This document shows, one piece after another, positions 37,792-51,260 of a DNA stretch of 64,000 nt. Each line of letters starts with the position of its first letter. The first letter of the stretch is position 1. The translations under genes and the position numbers were made by a program. Source of the stretch: Antedon mediterranea (Eukaryota > Animalia > Echinodermata); assembly GCF_964355755.1 (NCBI RefSeq), contig NC_092677.1, positions 17,506,101 to 17,570,100 on the forward strand, in the 5' to 3' direction. A model generated the notes under the pieces. The model saw nothing but the letters and a program-made list of their open reading frames with translations, did no database searches and was not told where the DNA came from.

Positions 37792-38170
37792 TTAAAAGAG
37801 ATCTTGCTGAGCGGTTGCCGCACCTCGAGAAGCAGCACGTTGTACACGCGTCAGATCTTCCCTGTATACCAATTCAGCAGTAACTGCAACCTGCTCACTT
37901 TCCTCGTGCAATACTTCTAAAAGTAAGTACAGTTGAAGTTTAGCTGAAAGAAAATCGACAAGGTAATGGTTACAGTGTTGCAATGTTAGGCATAGTTGAA
38001 TTCCGCCCTATACTCAACTTGCGATATTCCTGTCCCACATTCTCTATGTTGCCACAAGTCACATCCATCGCACTGTACAGCTTCTTGGTTATCTGTTACT
38101 TTGAGATCGCATTCCTTAAATGTAAATGTAAGCGTTGTCGTTTGATGACAGTGGTAATGGTCCGACAAAA
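37792..38170 (-). mobile_element. PHD finger abutting a MULE-like transposase C-terminal fragment
   Basis: ECDLKVTDNQEAVQCDGCDLWQHRECGTGIS (PHD); LYLLLEVLHEESEQVAVTAELV..EDLTRVQR. Confidence 0.6.
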
Positions 38171-38229
38171 TCCACCCCTACATGGTACCAAGGGCTTTTG
38201 ACAGGTATTGGATGCAACTCTGGTCTTGT

Positions 38230-38570
38230 TACTGTCATTTTACGATTCATCTTTTGACATGTATCACAGCTAGCAATCTGAAATAACATAATGTTTATTT
38301 GAAATAGAGAATGCTTTGCTTATACCCCGTTAAGAGTTAATTTATTACACATATTAACCCAATAGGGGAATTGTACAACCATTGTACAAGTAAGCTCACC
38401 ATTTCTTTAACATCTTTCACCATTCCCATCCACATGAAACGTTCACTTATACGGGCCAGGGTACGTTTAACAGCCATGTGTCCAGATGTTGGATCTCGAT
38501 GACAAGCATGCGCAATTTTTTGCTGTTCTTCTTTATCTCTGACAAACTGGAGTTTCATATCATGCATGGA
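38230..38570 (-). mobile_element. Ginger/GIN-like integrase zinc-binding (H2C2) fragment with intron
   Basis: KIAHACHRDPTSGHMAVKRTLARISERFMWMGMVKDVKEM|gt...ag|IASCDTCQK. Confidence 0.75.
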
Positions 38571-39989
38571 ACGGACAATTGATAAAGTGGTTTCATAGGG
38601 AAAGGAATGTTTTTTATAAATTTACCTGTGAAATGCAACAAGCTATTTTATTTAGTGAATTGGATAATAACAAAAAATCTTCTCTTCTGTACAGAGGCTT
38701 CAATTAGTAATATTTAAGTTGTGGTGGAGTAGTATTTCACTAAATGAACAAATAGAGTTGTTTTGTTGTAATTTAATTGCTGCAGCGAACTTAGAGATGC
38801 TGTCAGCTGCTGTATTTGAATAAGAAAAAAGTATATCTTACCGAATATCGGTAAGAATATTATTTAACTGCAGTTGCAGTTAAAAGACATTGAAAGCAAT
38901 TTTCCAACTTTGAATGTATCTTCACCGTTCCTTCTCATTTTTTTTGCTAACTCAAAATCAGTTGTTAATTTGCTTATTTTTCTGATTTTGAATAATTTCC
39001 ATTTTTCTCTATCCGGTTGTTCGTGTTTATATGGCAATTTTAAAATGTTTGATTGGCCAACCGGCCAATCACCGCTCTGACAATTTTTTTTTCAAAAAAA
39101 AAAAAACAATTGCATTTTTTATTTTTCTGTGCCAAAACAAAAACATTACGAAAACTTTCTGGCTACACAACTACAGCGCCCGTTGCCATTAGACTACCAA
39201 CCATTTGCTATTCAACAGTGAATCTAATGGCAAATGGTCAGTTTAGTCTTTAGCACTAACTGATACACAAGCTACACTAGCATGCCTTGACCGTTAGACC
39301 CTAAATTTTTGAATTGGCCCCTAAGTTTTTTAGTATTTTGACAGTCAATATAAGCTGTACAATTCTTACCCTCATAACAGGCCCTAATAGGCACTTCCAG
39401 CTTTTGATGACCCCACTCCTCCAATCCGAATCATCTTCATTTATGACGATTTCCAGCTTAATATGGGCATGGGCTTTTTCTTATCTTCTGAATTTTCGGC
39501 CATATCCTGCAGGAACAGCGCTTGGCCATGATTTTTAGAAACAATGAAACAGGGTCAATTGATTTGGGTTCACAGAATTCACCATGGCTTCAATCCCTGT
39601 AAAAGTTTTGTACAAGGGAAGGTGGGGCACATCCTAAGGTTCAAGGAAGATTTGTTTCATTTCTGTGTGCCTGAAGGCCCTAGGGGTGTGGGTTCACAGA
39701 ATGCTCAATAGAAATTTTATAAAGAATAATCAGTTATGACATATCTCCATCGTAAGTCAGTTGGATGGCTCATATTTCTGTAGCGTTCATGGCCACAGAT
39801 TCAAAACCCAACGATGCCTAAATTTTGTTTGTAAACGCCATCTTCTTTCTTGACCATTGTCTTTTCTCACCATTTGGCAAGAGGGATTGGTCTATTTTGT
39901 TCCTACTTAAAGGTGTAGGCTACATTTTTGTCCCCCAAAAAAATGAAAAATGAAGTTAGACAGTTATGTAATATCTATTATTAATTGTG

Positions 39990-40285
39990 GACATGGTATG
40001 CGCCTTCATAATGGATTTCGTTCTGGTATTCTCATTGTGCATACCCCAAAATGATCGTTTCCTTCTGTTGATTGAGGCATGTATGGACTCTCCTCCCTGC
40101 TCTCCTAGCAGTCCTAACCCTCCCTGATTGAGGCATGTATGGACTCTCCTCCCTGCTCTCCTAGTAGTCCTAACCCTCCCTGATTGAGGCATGTATGGAC
40201 TCTCCTCCCTGCTCTCCTAGCAGTCCTAACCCAAGTCCCCACTCCTTTATTGATAGTAGCACATGATCCTCAAGTAAACACCCTG
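39990..40285 (-). mobile_element. RAG1/Transib-like transposase C-terminal fragment containing a 56-bp x3 tandem repeat (40069-40232)
   Basis: LLEDHVLLSIKEWGLGLGLLGEQGGESIHASINRRKRSF resembles the H-x4-H...EqG.Es.h region around the catalytic Glu of RAG1/Transib-type transposases. Confidence 0.55.
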
Positions 40286-43200
40286 CAATGGTTGATACTG
40301 TTCTGCACGGCTTAGTATTTAGAGTTGATGTACTTTACTTCAATCTCTGCTGCCTTCGTTGTGAGCTTACTAATGGAAAAGAGATCTACTTCTATACTAA
40401 ACACTCTAGAAACATTCTTGCATAGATTATGTATGACATAAGACTTTATAAAAATAAATAATACAGTATTATTATAAGTAGTCACCAAACCAAAACACTC
40501 ACAGATTATACTCTCTATGAAAAAAAATAATAATCTACATTTATAGATAAAGATATTAGTGTATTTGTTACTCTGTTGTAATACATGGTATCTTATCCAT
40601 GTTTTTAAAAACTGAAACAATAAAACTACATCCACTGTAGACCTACGTGCCAACTGGAATAAACAACAGTAGCTCATTTTTTTATTCCAACTCGCAAAAC
40701 AGTTCCTTCTAGCGTTCTCTCATTATCATTGCCAGGGCCATCAACTGTGATGCTTACTTGCAGTGATGCTTGCAGCCTGCAATGTTTTGGCTGGTGTGGA
40801 TTTTAGTTAGGTAATCTCCTGCTTATCTGAACAAGTATTGCTGATCTTGTTTGTGTATGCCCGTATGTCATCACATCTGTTTTTGAGTGTCTTTTTACTG
40901 CATTTTACACTCAACACTGATGGATTGGAAATGAATCCAATTTTCCTAGGCTGTAAAACAGGCGTGTTTGAAAAGTTTAGTTTATAGATTTGATTACCAG
41001 ATAATCTATTGGAAGACTTTTTAGACGAATTTAATGCACTTGTCAATTGTATGACCCACCGTTGGGTCATACAATAGCAATAGTAATTTCTGATTCTATT
41101 CTGGTATTCTCATTGTGCATACCCCAAAATGATCGTTTCATTCTGTTGATTGAGGCATGGAGTTGTTACAACTCCCTGATTGAGGCATGTATGGAAATAC
41201 ATCATTTCACGGAAGAATGTTGTTGATGTTACATGTTCACCGCGCATATAAAAGTGACATGTAACGCGTAGGAAGTTGATTACAGATTAATTTTGCGCAA
41301 TTTGAAATTTGAAATGTGCGTTTGCACGTAAGTTGTCGTAAAAAATGTCATTTTTAGTGTACAAAAATTGACGTCAATCAGAAATATGAGATGCACCAGT
41401 TCACATAAATTTCCATATGCTGACTAAGTTATGAAATTGAATATTTACAAGTTGTGAGTTGCGTGCCAACGCGACTTTGCAGCTCAATTATGTCGGTTGG
41501 TAGATTGGTTGGTCAGTGAACACAAATTTCTGCAGCTGACTGCAGCTATGGCCTTGGTGACATACGCAAGACACAACAAGGCCATATACATGGCTGCAGT
41601 CACGTGCTCAAACTTTAATTAGTGTTTACCGACCGACATTGTGAGCTGTAGAGTCGTGTTAGCACGCGACTAAAATGGAGGAGAAAGAAAGAATAATGTT
41701 GGTCTCGGTTTCAGGTTTAGGTTTATTTTGGAATTGGCAATAGCCTACAACATAACATTTATCGGTTTTATACTTTACTATCTGTTACTTCAGCAACCGC
41801 GTTGTAAGAAATTGTTGCCGACAACGGTAGATATCGGTTACTGTAAACGATAAGTCTTCAGGAACCTTATAAGTTTTCCCATCGTCAGTCACGATATCTA
41901 CTGGGTACCTGAAAAAGGGAAATGTAATAAGAACGATAAGTCTTCAGGAACCTTATAAGTTTTCCCGTCGTCAGTCACAATATCTACTGGGTACCTGAAA
42001 AAGGGAAATGTAATAAGAACGATAAGTCTTCAGGAATTCCATGGTCACTCGCATTACACATTAGTCATTTTTGTTAGTCTAAGCTTTGTACTTTCTATAC
42101 TAATTGGATTTTTAAGTCAATGTTTTATATGAACATACTTACGTCAGCATTCACACGAGGAGCGAGCTAGACACCGTGACGCTGGTAGTTTTAGGAGCGC
42201 GTGTGTTTTGAAAATGGGTATTTTCCGAAGATTGTAAATCGTGTTTTCTTTTTAAACTCTTGAATTCATAATAGTAATTGAACTCTTAGCTCTTTCACTG
42301 TCTAGGCCTATTTACACACAACTATTAATGCTAACCCTAGCTCTAGTAAGTAGGGCCTAGCTAGGCCTACTCTTCTTAATTAAAAGATTAATCCACGTCT
42401 AGCGACGGTCAATCGCGATTAGGTTACATCTTTTTTTTTTTAGAATTAAGTGGGGTGGCTAGCCACCCTATTCACCCCCCCCTAGATCCGCCACTGATGA
42501 ATGGGGTTGCAATTTACCGTAAATTTGGTGGATGCCGTGCTTGAGGCATGGCCTTCTTGGGTAATTACTACTGCGCTCACGATAATGTTATCAGTAAGGG
42601 TTGCGACATTTTCCGCCGCAGATCCCCATAGCGTTATACTCATGGGGGCCTCTCTTGTCCCCATGGTCAGTGTTCTTCTGGTGTAGGTTGGTGCCTGAGT
42701 CAGTTGGCCGATCTAAAAGAGAAATATAATTATTTTAAGGCAACATTGTGATTTTTATTTTAGAATGAGAAAGTGAAATTGTATGTTTTAACCAAAGATG
42801 TAAAAAGATTTAATTGGAAAATTATGAAAACGAAACTCTAACGCATTGATTTTTCTCCGCTTTTTCGTACATCCCGAATAATTTCGTTGTTACGTAATAA
42901 TAATGAAACTAGCGTTTAAACGAGCACTCTTTTTAGTAGGCAGGTCTTGTTTGTGAGTTTGTTAGGGAAAGTTAAAGGAAAAGTATCTAAGTATATTTAT
43001 ACATTTATATTAATTGTTCAATAGTTCGTTTAAGTGGTATAAGTAAACTATCAATATGTATAGAAAAGTTGTATACATCGTTTGGTTTCTTGAAAAGGAA
43101 AATGTATATAGGTGGAAAAATATTAAATGTAATAAAATGACTGATTATATTATTTGATTCAGAAGAGGAATATATGGATTAAAATTTAAAAATAACTTGT

Positions 43201-44699
43201 GCAGAAAAGTCATAGCTTATTAAGCTATTTTATTGATAAAAAAAATAAAATTGCTTATTCAATATACAAATTGAACACAACCATACTGCGAATAAAATAA
43301 TATAATCAGAGTCTTCACTCCATGCATCGCCATCAGAATCACTCGATTCTTTGATCTCTGCTTCTTCCGTTTCACTGTCATTTTCCACCTCATCATGTGT
43401 GTCATCATTTGAAAACATTGTCCATGTCTTTCTTAATTACACTGTATCCTAATCTCATTATGTATTGGTTTAATTATTTTGTTATGTATTGTATAATGCA
43501 TAAGGACATATTTAGAAACTGACTGATCTCTATAATGGTTCCCTAGAGAATAATGTTATGTTGATATCAACATTTCAACACAAAGGCTAATTTTTTTTTG
43601 TCTGTGTTTCCCCTTGCCTCCTGGGAGGGGCCTCATTATCGCTGCCCTTAAAAGGCGGGTCAGGCGCCTCGATTCCTCCTCTGCAATGGTTACTGAGCCT
43701 TGTTGCTGACTGTGCAGATTGTATATACATGTGATCGCCTGTGTTGTGTATGGTTTTCTGTTAAAAGGTTAAAACAAATGGATAAACAACAAATCAGTGG
43801 GTAGATGGGCCACAAGTTATAACCAATTTGCATTTTCTGCAACATTTGACATTTGTGAGGAACAAACAATTTCAGAATATATTTTGCATTGGCAAATACT
43901 TTTGCCGTTGAGTAGTTAGTGTACTTGTCTAGCATCTTTGTGGTCGACTCCCATTTGGTGTTTTACAAAGTTATCTTTTTTCGGATTATTTGTAACTTTT
44001 CCACTAACATAAATGTTTTTTTATGAGCTCCCATGCTAGCCGCAGCGGCCAGCGATGAGGATCCTGGCGCCGATCTCGGTTTCCCTTGAGCTTCATGGGC
44101 TTTTCACGGTGGTGGAGGACACAAGTCTCTATCTGTTGATGGTGCCTTCCAGTTGACTGCTGCAGCCGTAATTGCTAGTTGCCTCAACCAGCTCTCAGAT
44201 GGTACTGTCGCAGGAATTCGATGGGATGGGAGGGGGAGGGGGAGAGGCATTTTATAGCGGTGTCATGAAAACAGGCCCTTCAAATATACTATTTCTGATA
44301 TGTTAAAGCACCAGGCTAAAAAATTCTCTGAGGTCCTTGGTTAATGGCGTCAGTAAAAAGTATGGATAGCTTCTTTGATGGGCTAAATGATTTCCTTTTG
44401 AGGCTCAGAACAGCTCCGTTAAAAACGTTCGACCGACAGATATTGAACATGGATTTTCCGCTCATTTCATCTATAATTGATCGGAATAAATCCATTTAAC
44501 AATCTATATCTTCGTTCCTAAAAAATAAATAAGAATTGGATTAGCAAATAACAGAACTCAATCTTCTTTAGTAAACTCGTTTTAAACTTTTATTTGCAAA
44601 TTGTTAGTTTATTTATATATAAAAAGAATATTTATTATTATTTACAAACTTTATTTTTCATTTTTACATTTACTTCATTGGAGCCTTCATATGTCGCCG

Positions 44700-46000
44700 G
44701 GCTGTATCAATTGATTTTTTCGCGCAGGTGCTGGACATATATTAAATGTTTCGGTTTTAACTAATTGCATATGTTTTGGATCTAGAATAAGTGCTCCATT
44801 TTTCCAGATATATTAACCTATCGCTAAAGAACTTACGTAATTCAAAAAATACGTCACACGAGTACATCAACGAATTACTGCGTACAAACAGTCCTTCCGG
44901 TCCTTGGCCTAGGCAATTAATTGATGTTATGACTGTGTATTTTTGTGAATGGCCTTGTATTAATAATATCAGTCGGCGTGACTGATGCCATCTTCCTGTT
45001 TTTCGCCATGGATTCTTGTGGCTTCCTCCCTTTTTTCCCTGCCCTTCCTTTGGCATTTGCACAAGACTGGTTCTAGATGGGTTCTTGCTTTAGGAGGTCG
45101 CTGTATATATTTCAAATGTTTCTATAATATTTCTTCTATTTCAGCTACACAAAGACTGTGCTTACATAAAGGACATGAATATTTAACATGATCCTTAAAA
45201 ATGGTACTATGATACATCCTATTTTTACATGACTTTGCTGCAACACGATATGTAACTCTGTTATTAACCTCCACTGTAGGCATTCTCAACTGCTTGTTTA
45301 TTGTTTAATAATTTTGTTGCAAGAGATCATCTGACCAGGCACCATCATTTTCAAAGATTTTCATCTGTGTTTTGAATATGTGTACCTTTTATTTCTTTTC
45401 TTTGTAATGCTTCATCCACTGACATGTTGTTGAATTTTTTCACATATTTCCTTCTTTCATTTTCATTCATCATGAATGAATCTGTAAATAGTTTACAATA
45501 TGTGAAAGTTCATAAATTTCACTTATTCCACATATCGCTAACTGAATCTCATGCTGCTGCTGATGATAGTCAACTTCTTTGTCCCATACATTTTTTGTAA
45601 ACCTTGGCTTTCTCATTCTTTTTTATTGCCTCCTTTTTTTCTGGTTAGTTTGTTGTTAATACTTTCTGATTGGTTTGTGTAGCATTTTAATGGTATGCCC
45701 TTACTGTTGAGCGGCATGCCAGTCTTTTTTCTTGCAAATTTGAGCATACATTTGACAATCATTCGAGTGTGCTTGTGAATGTAGTTCCAAAATGCACTTG
45801 TCATTTACCTGTGAGCCAAGTCTCTTCTAAATCCATAACAGTTTTACATTCTAGTAACATAGATGCAAATTCTTCTTCATCACCTGCATCCATTAGGCCC
45901 TTTGAAAGGCCATTTCTAAAGACAATATCCAGAAAAAAAAATTGTTTGGATTTCTTTTGTATACCCAGATTTTTCAACTTGTCTTTGATATTTTGTATCT
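44700..46000 (-). mobile_element. MULE-like transposase remnant (partial copy at 6831-7140)
   Basis: NIKDKLKNLGI...FFLDIVF...GLMDAGDEEEF...FWNYI...CYTNQSESINNKL (catalytic-E region); multiple frameshifts. Confidence 0.6.
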
Positions 46001-46703
46001 TTAATACTAGAGTTAAATCTCTTCCATAGAAAAATCGGTTGACTTCACTCAATTTGACTTTTGTTTGCTTTAAATTACAGTTTTTGTTTAGGTAAATCAT
46101 TTCTTTTTTTTCCATCAAGTTTTTTACGATATGTGTCATTAAAATGGCATATTGAACAACAATTTTACAATTTTTGTTGTTCAATATGCCAAGAATTATT
46201 TTTTCAAGGGGACAATACATCTTAATACTTATACATAGTGAAATTTTAACTTACATTTTCTGTATATTTATTCTTCATTATTTGCAATTTCTTGTTGGAT
46301 GGATGATGATGGCTGGCGCTGCGTGGTTCCTTTATATCATCATAATTGTCAATAATAACAAAAAAAGTTAAAAGCCTATAGATATTTTGATGTTCCATTG
46401 GTCCACTTATTATGCTATCTGAAGTATGCAAATTTGGTTAATATATTACCAAAAATACTCAATAATCATAGTCTATTTCACAAATGTCTTTTTATGCCCC
46501 CATAACTGCTCAGTTGGCTGATTATGAACTGAGGACCAAACTGAAGTGGACATTTTGTTCCATTTTTTTAGCATTAACTGCCACACCTTTTATTTTCAAC
46601 TTTGTTGTCAGGCAATCCATCCTTGATTTTTTTTAAATTATTTTTGGTCAGAAGATGAACAATTTCATAATTTTCTTTTCTTTCCTTCATCATCTTTTCT
46701 TGA

Positions 46704-46887
46704 CCCTCCAGTATCTACAGCCCCTCCAGTATCTACAGCCCCTCCAGTATCTACAGCCCCTCCAGTATCTACAGCCCCTCCAGTATCTACAGCCCCTCCA
46801 GTATCTACAGCCCCTCCAGTATCTACAGCCCCTCCAGTATCTACAGCCCCTCCAGTATCTACAGCCCCTCCAGTATCTACAGCCCCT
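46704..46887 (+). repeat. 18-bp perfect tandem repeat x10
   Basis: Unit ccctccagtatctacagc; single copy at 8676-8697. Confidence 0.97.
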
Positions 46888-49439
46888 TTTTTATAATGTT
46901 GTTATTTACTAAAGCTGCCGTTTATGGCGTTAAGGAAATTTAGATCTCCATAGATCTTGGCCATCAATTATGAATGGTTTTGGAAGCATGTTTTTTTTAG
47001 TTGATTCAATCAAAACTAAAGAACAAGGTACTAAAATATGAAACTTCATTTCACAAATAGACTGGTGATGTTATTTCAAGTGTTTTCTGACATCACGTTG
47101 TTGTTGAGGTCGCTATGTTACACTGTGTCATCAACAATGCCTTTGTGGGAATAGATGTCTTGCTTCAACTCTGTTCATTGTATCTTAGGACAATACGACC
47201 AATTATTCACAACATAAACACAGCAAGCGTCAACATTTTGAACCCATTAATAAGAATATTGTGTGTTTGAATAAATTTGCACAAGAAGTGTTCAGTATGT
47301 ATGTAGACTATGGTTTCACGTATTTCATGTTGCATAATTGAAAACAAGAACAAACTTCGAAGTAGAAGATGTCATAGAACTGTATTAAACAGGTATTGAA
47401 TATTGTCTATTATTTTAGACAAGAGAAAGAGATGGAAAACCCAGCAAACATACCTATGGATCGAAGAATTTCATTTAACTTCTAAATTATGGATAATAAC
47501 ATTTCGTTTTTGAAAAGCTATATCAATCTCTAGAGAATATTATAAGCCTATTGCACTTGCTGGTCATTACATCTGTTCATAATGACGTCATATGCCTCTT
47601 CTGGTAGTATATTTAATTATTATATATGGAAACACGCAAGAATCAACCAAGCCCACATACTTTAAAAGATGTCGATTACATAAGCAGCCATTACAAAGAA
47701 TGTAGGTGCATCAAGACCTAGATTTCAACTCTCACTGGCCATCAACGTTCATTTCAACGTGCTCATAAGACAATGTAGGTTGAACTTCTTCCATTTGGAA
47801 TTCCTCGATAAATTTAGTTGCAACACGTTGGAAGAGATTCAACAAATCAAGTGTTAATTGTTAATACATCAGTAGTGTGGTATGGAAATGAACTGTAACA
47901 ACAAGAGAAGATATAATACAAAAAAAGAGGAAGAAATTGGTACCCAGATTGGCATAAAATCCTCCAAAACAAACAACAATTAAAAAGGCTGGATGATCAT
48001 GGAGATCTGTTTCTACAAACAGCAGAACAAAATCAATCAAATATTCAAATTGAAAATAATTTTTTCGTTCTAATCTGCAAACATGTTTACCTTGGAGAAA
48101 CTGGAATTGAACAATAAGATGCAAGTCCCTGGGATGCCTGTCTGGGGTCCAGAAGATTACAAAGTATATTCAAACCTGATACAAGTTAAAATACTTAAAT
48201 AAATCAACCATCACATAAATGTAATTCAATTAAAACATATTGCACATTTGGAAATTCTCCATAAAGAACCATGCTGGTCTAAAAATCCATCTGGATAAAA
48301 AAAATCAAAGATACAATGAACTGATATGACACATCTATCTATGATTTAATCATACAGGCGTATAAAAATAAAAGAGTAGCAGGAGCCATTGTCAACACTG
48401 CAGTAACACACAACACCCTCAACAACACAGAGGTGAAGCCAGAAAAGAAATTATACCATCAGTCTACTTTAGAGATGTAGTTTGTGTACTTATTTATTTA
48501 CTTTAGATTGATCAACAAGAAAAGGAACAGCATCTTTAAGATTAATTTCATCATTAAATGAATCCAACCATAACATGAAATGATTTAGCTTTATTGATCT
48601 TCAAAATATTATAACATTATCATTCTCTCTTTACCCTTTATTAATTCATGTTGTTAAACTTCACCTTTACGGGATTTTTTTGCCGAATGGTTTATAGTCA
48701 ACTCGGGAAAGAGTTTAACTCTCGCATAGTTTTTAGCAGAATTGAAATCAATACCACCATTTGGAATGTACAAATAAAGCTTTTTTTGTTTTGTCCTTCT
48801 TAAAACCTGTATATATTTTTGCTTTCATACATGCAAGTGACCATTTTTGTTGTTGTAATTCTAACCTATACCTTCAAATTATTTTATTCCTTCTGAACAT
48901 TTTTGAATGCTCTTCCCAAATATATATATATTCATCATTTGGCATTAAAGTAATTTCTTCATATGCATCACATGAACTTTTTCCATGTTTTGTTGCAAAA
49001 AATGCCATTCTGCACCCATTCCATGGTCTGACATAATATGATTGTGTAGGTTTGTCATATTCATGTGGTTTTTGTTGGCTTTCAAAACCATCACTTAAAA
49101 TAAATTTATTTTACTTTTCCTGGAATTTGCTCTGCTTGTATGAAATGTATGTTTTGATGAATTCATCAAAAGTATTTATTTAATATAGTCCAAGATTAAT
49201 ATTTTAACACTTGCAGATTTTCATGTTTTAAAGGCAATCTTTAAAGGTTTGAAAGTTGTTTGCAATCTTCAAATGAGTGTGGGGTAATAAGGAAGCGTTC
49301 GCTTTCATCCTCGTCTAGCAGGGGTTTTGTGAACTGCTTCTCCAATGATACCATTTATGAAATCCGTTTAAACTCCTGAACTGTATCATTATGGACAGGT
49401 CACTGCAATTTGGTCAATAACGTTTCAAAGTGCTACACA

Positions 49440-49690
49440 TCCTCGCTATGGAATCATGGGCTGAATGCAGTGCGTGTTCTGGTGCGATGTCGGGATATTT
49501 GTCTACAAATCTCCCATATGCTGGAATACTTTGTTGTACATGCTTCCTGTTCTTAATGGCTGACACATCCCAAAATCTTGTGCGATTGTCTTAAAACTTT
49601 AATCTTAGTATAAGTATATTTCTTGAAGCCAAGTCATTGTGCAGTAATCCCAGACTATGCATTTTCTTAATCCTTGAGCCACGGCCAGTG
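49440..49690 (-). pseudogene. Protein kinase catalytic-core fragment
   Basis: KKMHSLGLLHNDLASRNILI, followed by DFGM and IAPE in shifted frames. Confidence 0.65.
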
Positions 49691-50959
49691 TAATGTCAAT
49701 TAACTTGATGGCATTGAAGTTTCCATCGTATACTCTCTTCCTTTCGTAAAACTGCATACACTTGTGAAAATGTTAATCATTCTCCAGATATACTTGAGGC
49801 ATCTGCATCTTTGGTGTCTTTATTATATTTCAATATTTTATTTTATATACATTGAGACATGCCAAGCTCCTCTCTCGACTCGCTTTTTTTTTTCCTTCTC
49901 TTTCAAAATTTCAAAACAGTTGAAAGTGAGGTGTAAAACTTCTTTCATTGTGACTTTAATTATCTACCAAATAAGTGAAATCAAAACTACTACATGTTTA
50001 TCGGGAAAGCGGACAATGCAACCACCAAATGTGTGTGTGAAGATCGAGTTGTGAGAAGTTACCTTGTTCTGTGTATTATCCTTTCCTCTTCCATGAGTAA
50101 TGCCCGCTTTAATATTTAGTGACTGTATTTTAGTGTAGGTCACAAACAATTTGACAGCTGCAACAGATTCCATTTCAGGGGGCAATCTGGAATTGAATAA
50201 AACTCAAACAATATAATTTTAAGTTCAACTATATAATAATCTCACAAAAGTAAGTTAACGTTATAATTCGACAGTAAATATATTTGATACGCTCATGTGA
50301 CTTATTTATAGTCTGCTGTCCGGTTGTTTATATATAGCTCGTAATAAGCTCTACTCCTCCCTCAAGCGTTAATCAAACATCAATCGGTCAAATTAAAAAA
50401 TACAAAACTTAAAGAATAATATATTACATTGAACGTACATGAAATTGTGCGACAACTTATCGCATTCTATTGGCCTTCGAACAGAAATCAATCAAATTAA
50501 AACATAAAACTCTGTGGCTGATTAGCCTAAAATCAATAATTGACTCAAAATATCAAACTTAATAACTTGAAACTTTAAAGAAACAAATGTGTGTGTTCCG
50601 TTAACACAACTTTATCGATTTAAGCATTTATACTCACAGGTAATTACGATTTCAATCGGTCGACAAATTCGACTTTTGTACTCAATGGAAAAAAAATAGA
50701 GGAGAAAAAGCAAGGGTCCCAATATAGACCCTGTGGGATCCCACATATACTGTAAGAATATATTTAAGAATTAAATTTACCATACCAATTATCATCTAAA
50801 ACATAAAAATATACATTATGTAAATATACATATAAAATGAAAATATTTTTTAGTTAATTTTGTTGTAGTTTTTGTAACCTATTGAAAATTTTGTACCTAA
50901 ATTTGGCCCGCATACCATTCAACTCCTCTTAGTTCACTTGTCACTAGTTTATTGACATC

Positions 50960-51260
50960 ACAGCTTTTGACTGTTTAGGTGCAAGAATAGGGATGTGTGA
51001 TCCGTCAATGGCACTTGCACATTGAGGAAAGCCATGCAGTACATTGAAGCCTGGTACAGTAGTAGTTAAGCGATCTCCTACTGGCCAAACAATGTAGGCA
51101 TCGTACATGAGGTCTACCACTGCCTGACACACTTGCTTGATGGATCTGCATACAGTAGACCTGTGCACATCAAACATATTTCCAATTGTGCGAAGGTCGC
51201 AACACGTTGAAAACCTCCATAGCGTTATGCCAACTACATGCTCTACGGTCATCCCATTTC
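50960..51260 (-). mobile_element. Harbinger transposase fragment
   Basis: VGITLWRFST...HGFPQCASAIDGSHIPILAP (first catalytic D). Confidence 0.9.

Noticed and set aside
46655-46912. LQYLQP repeat protein ORF
   Set aside because: By-product of an 18-bp DNA expansion absent from the paralog.
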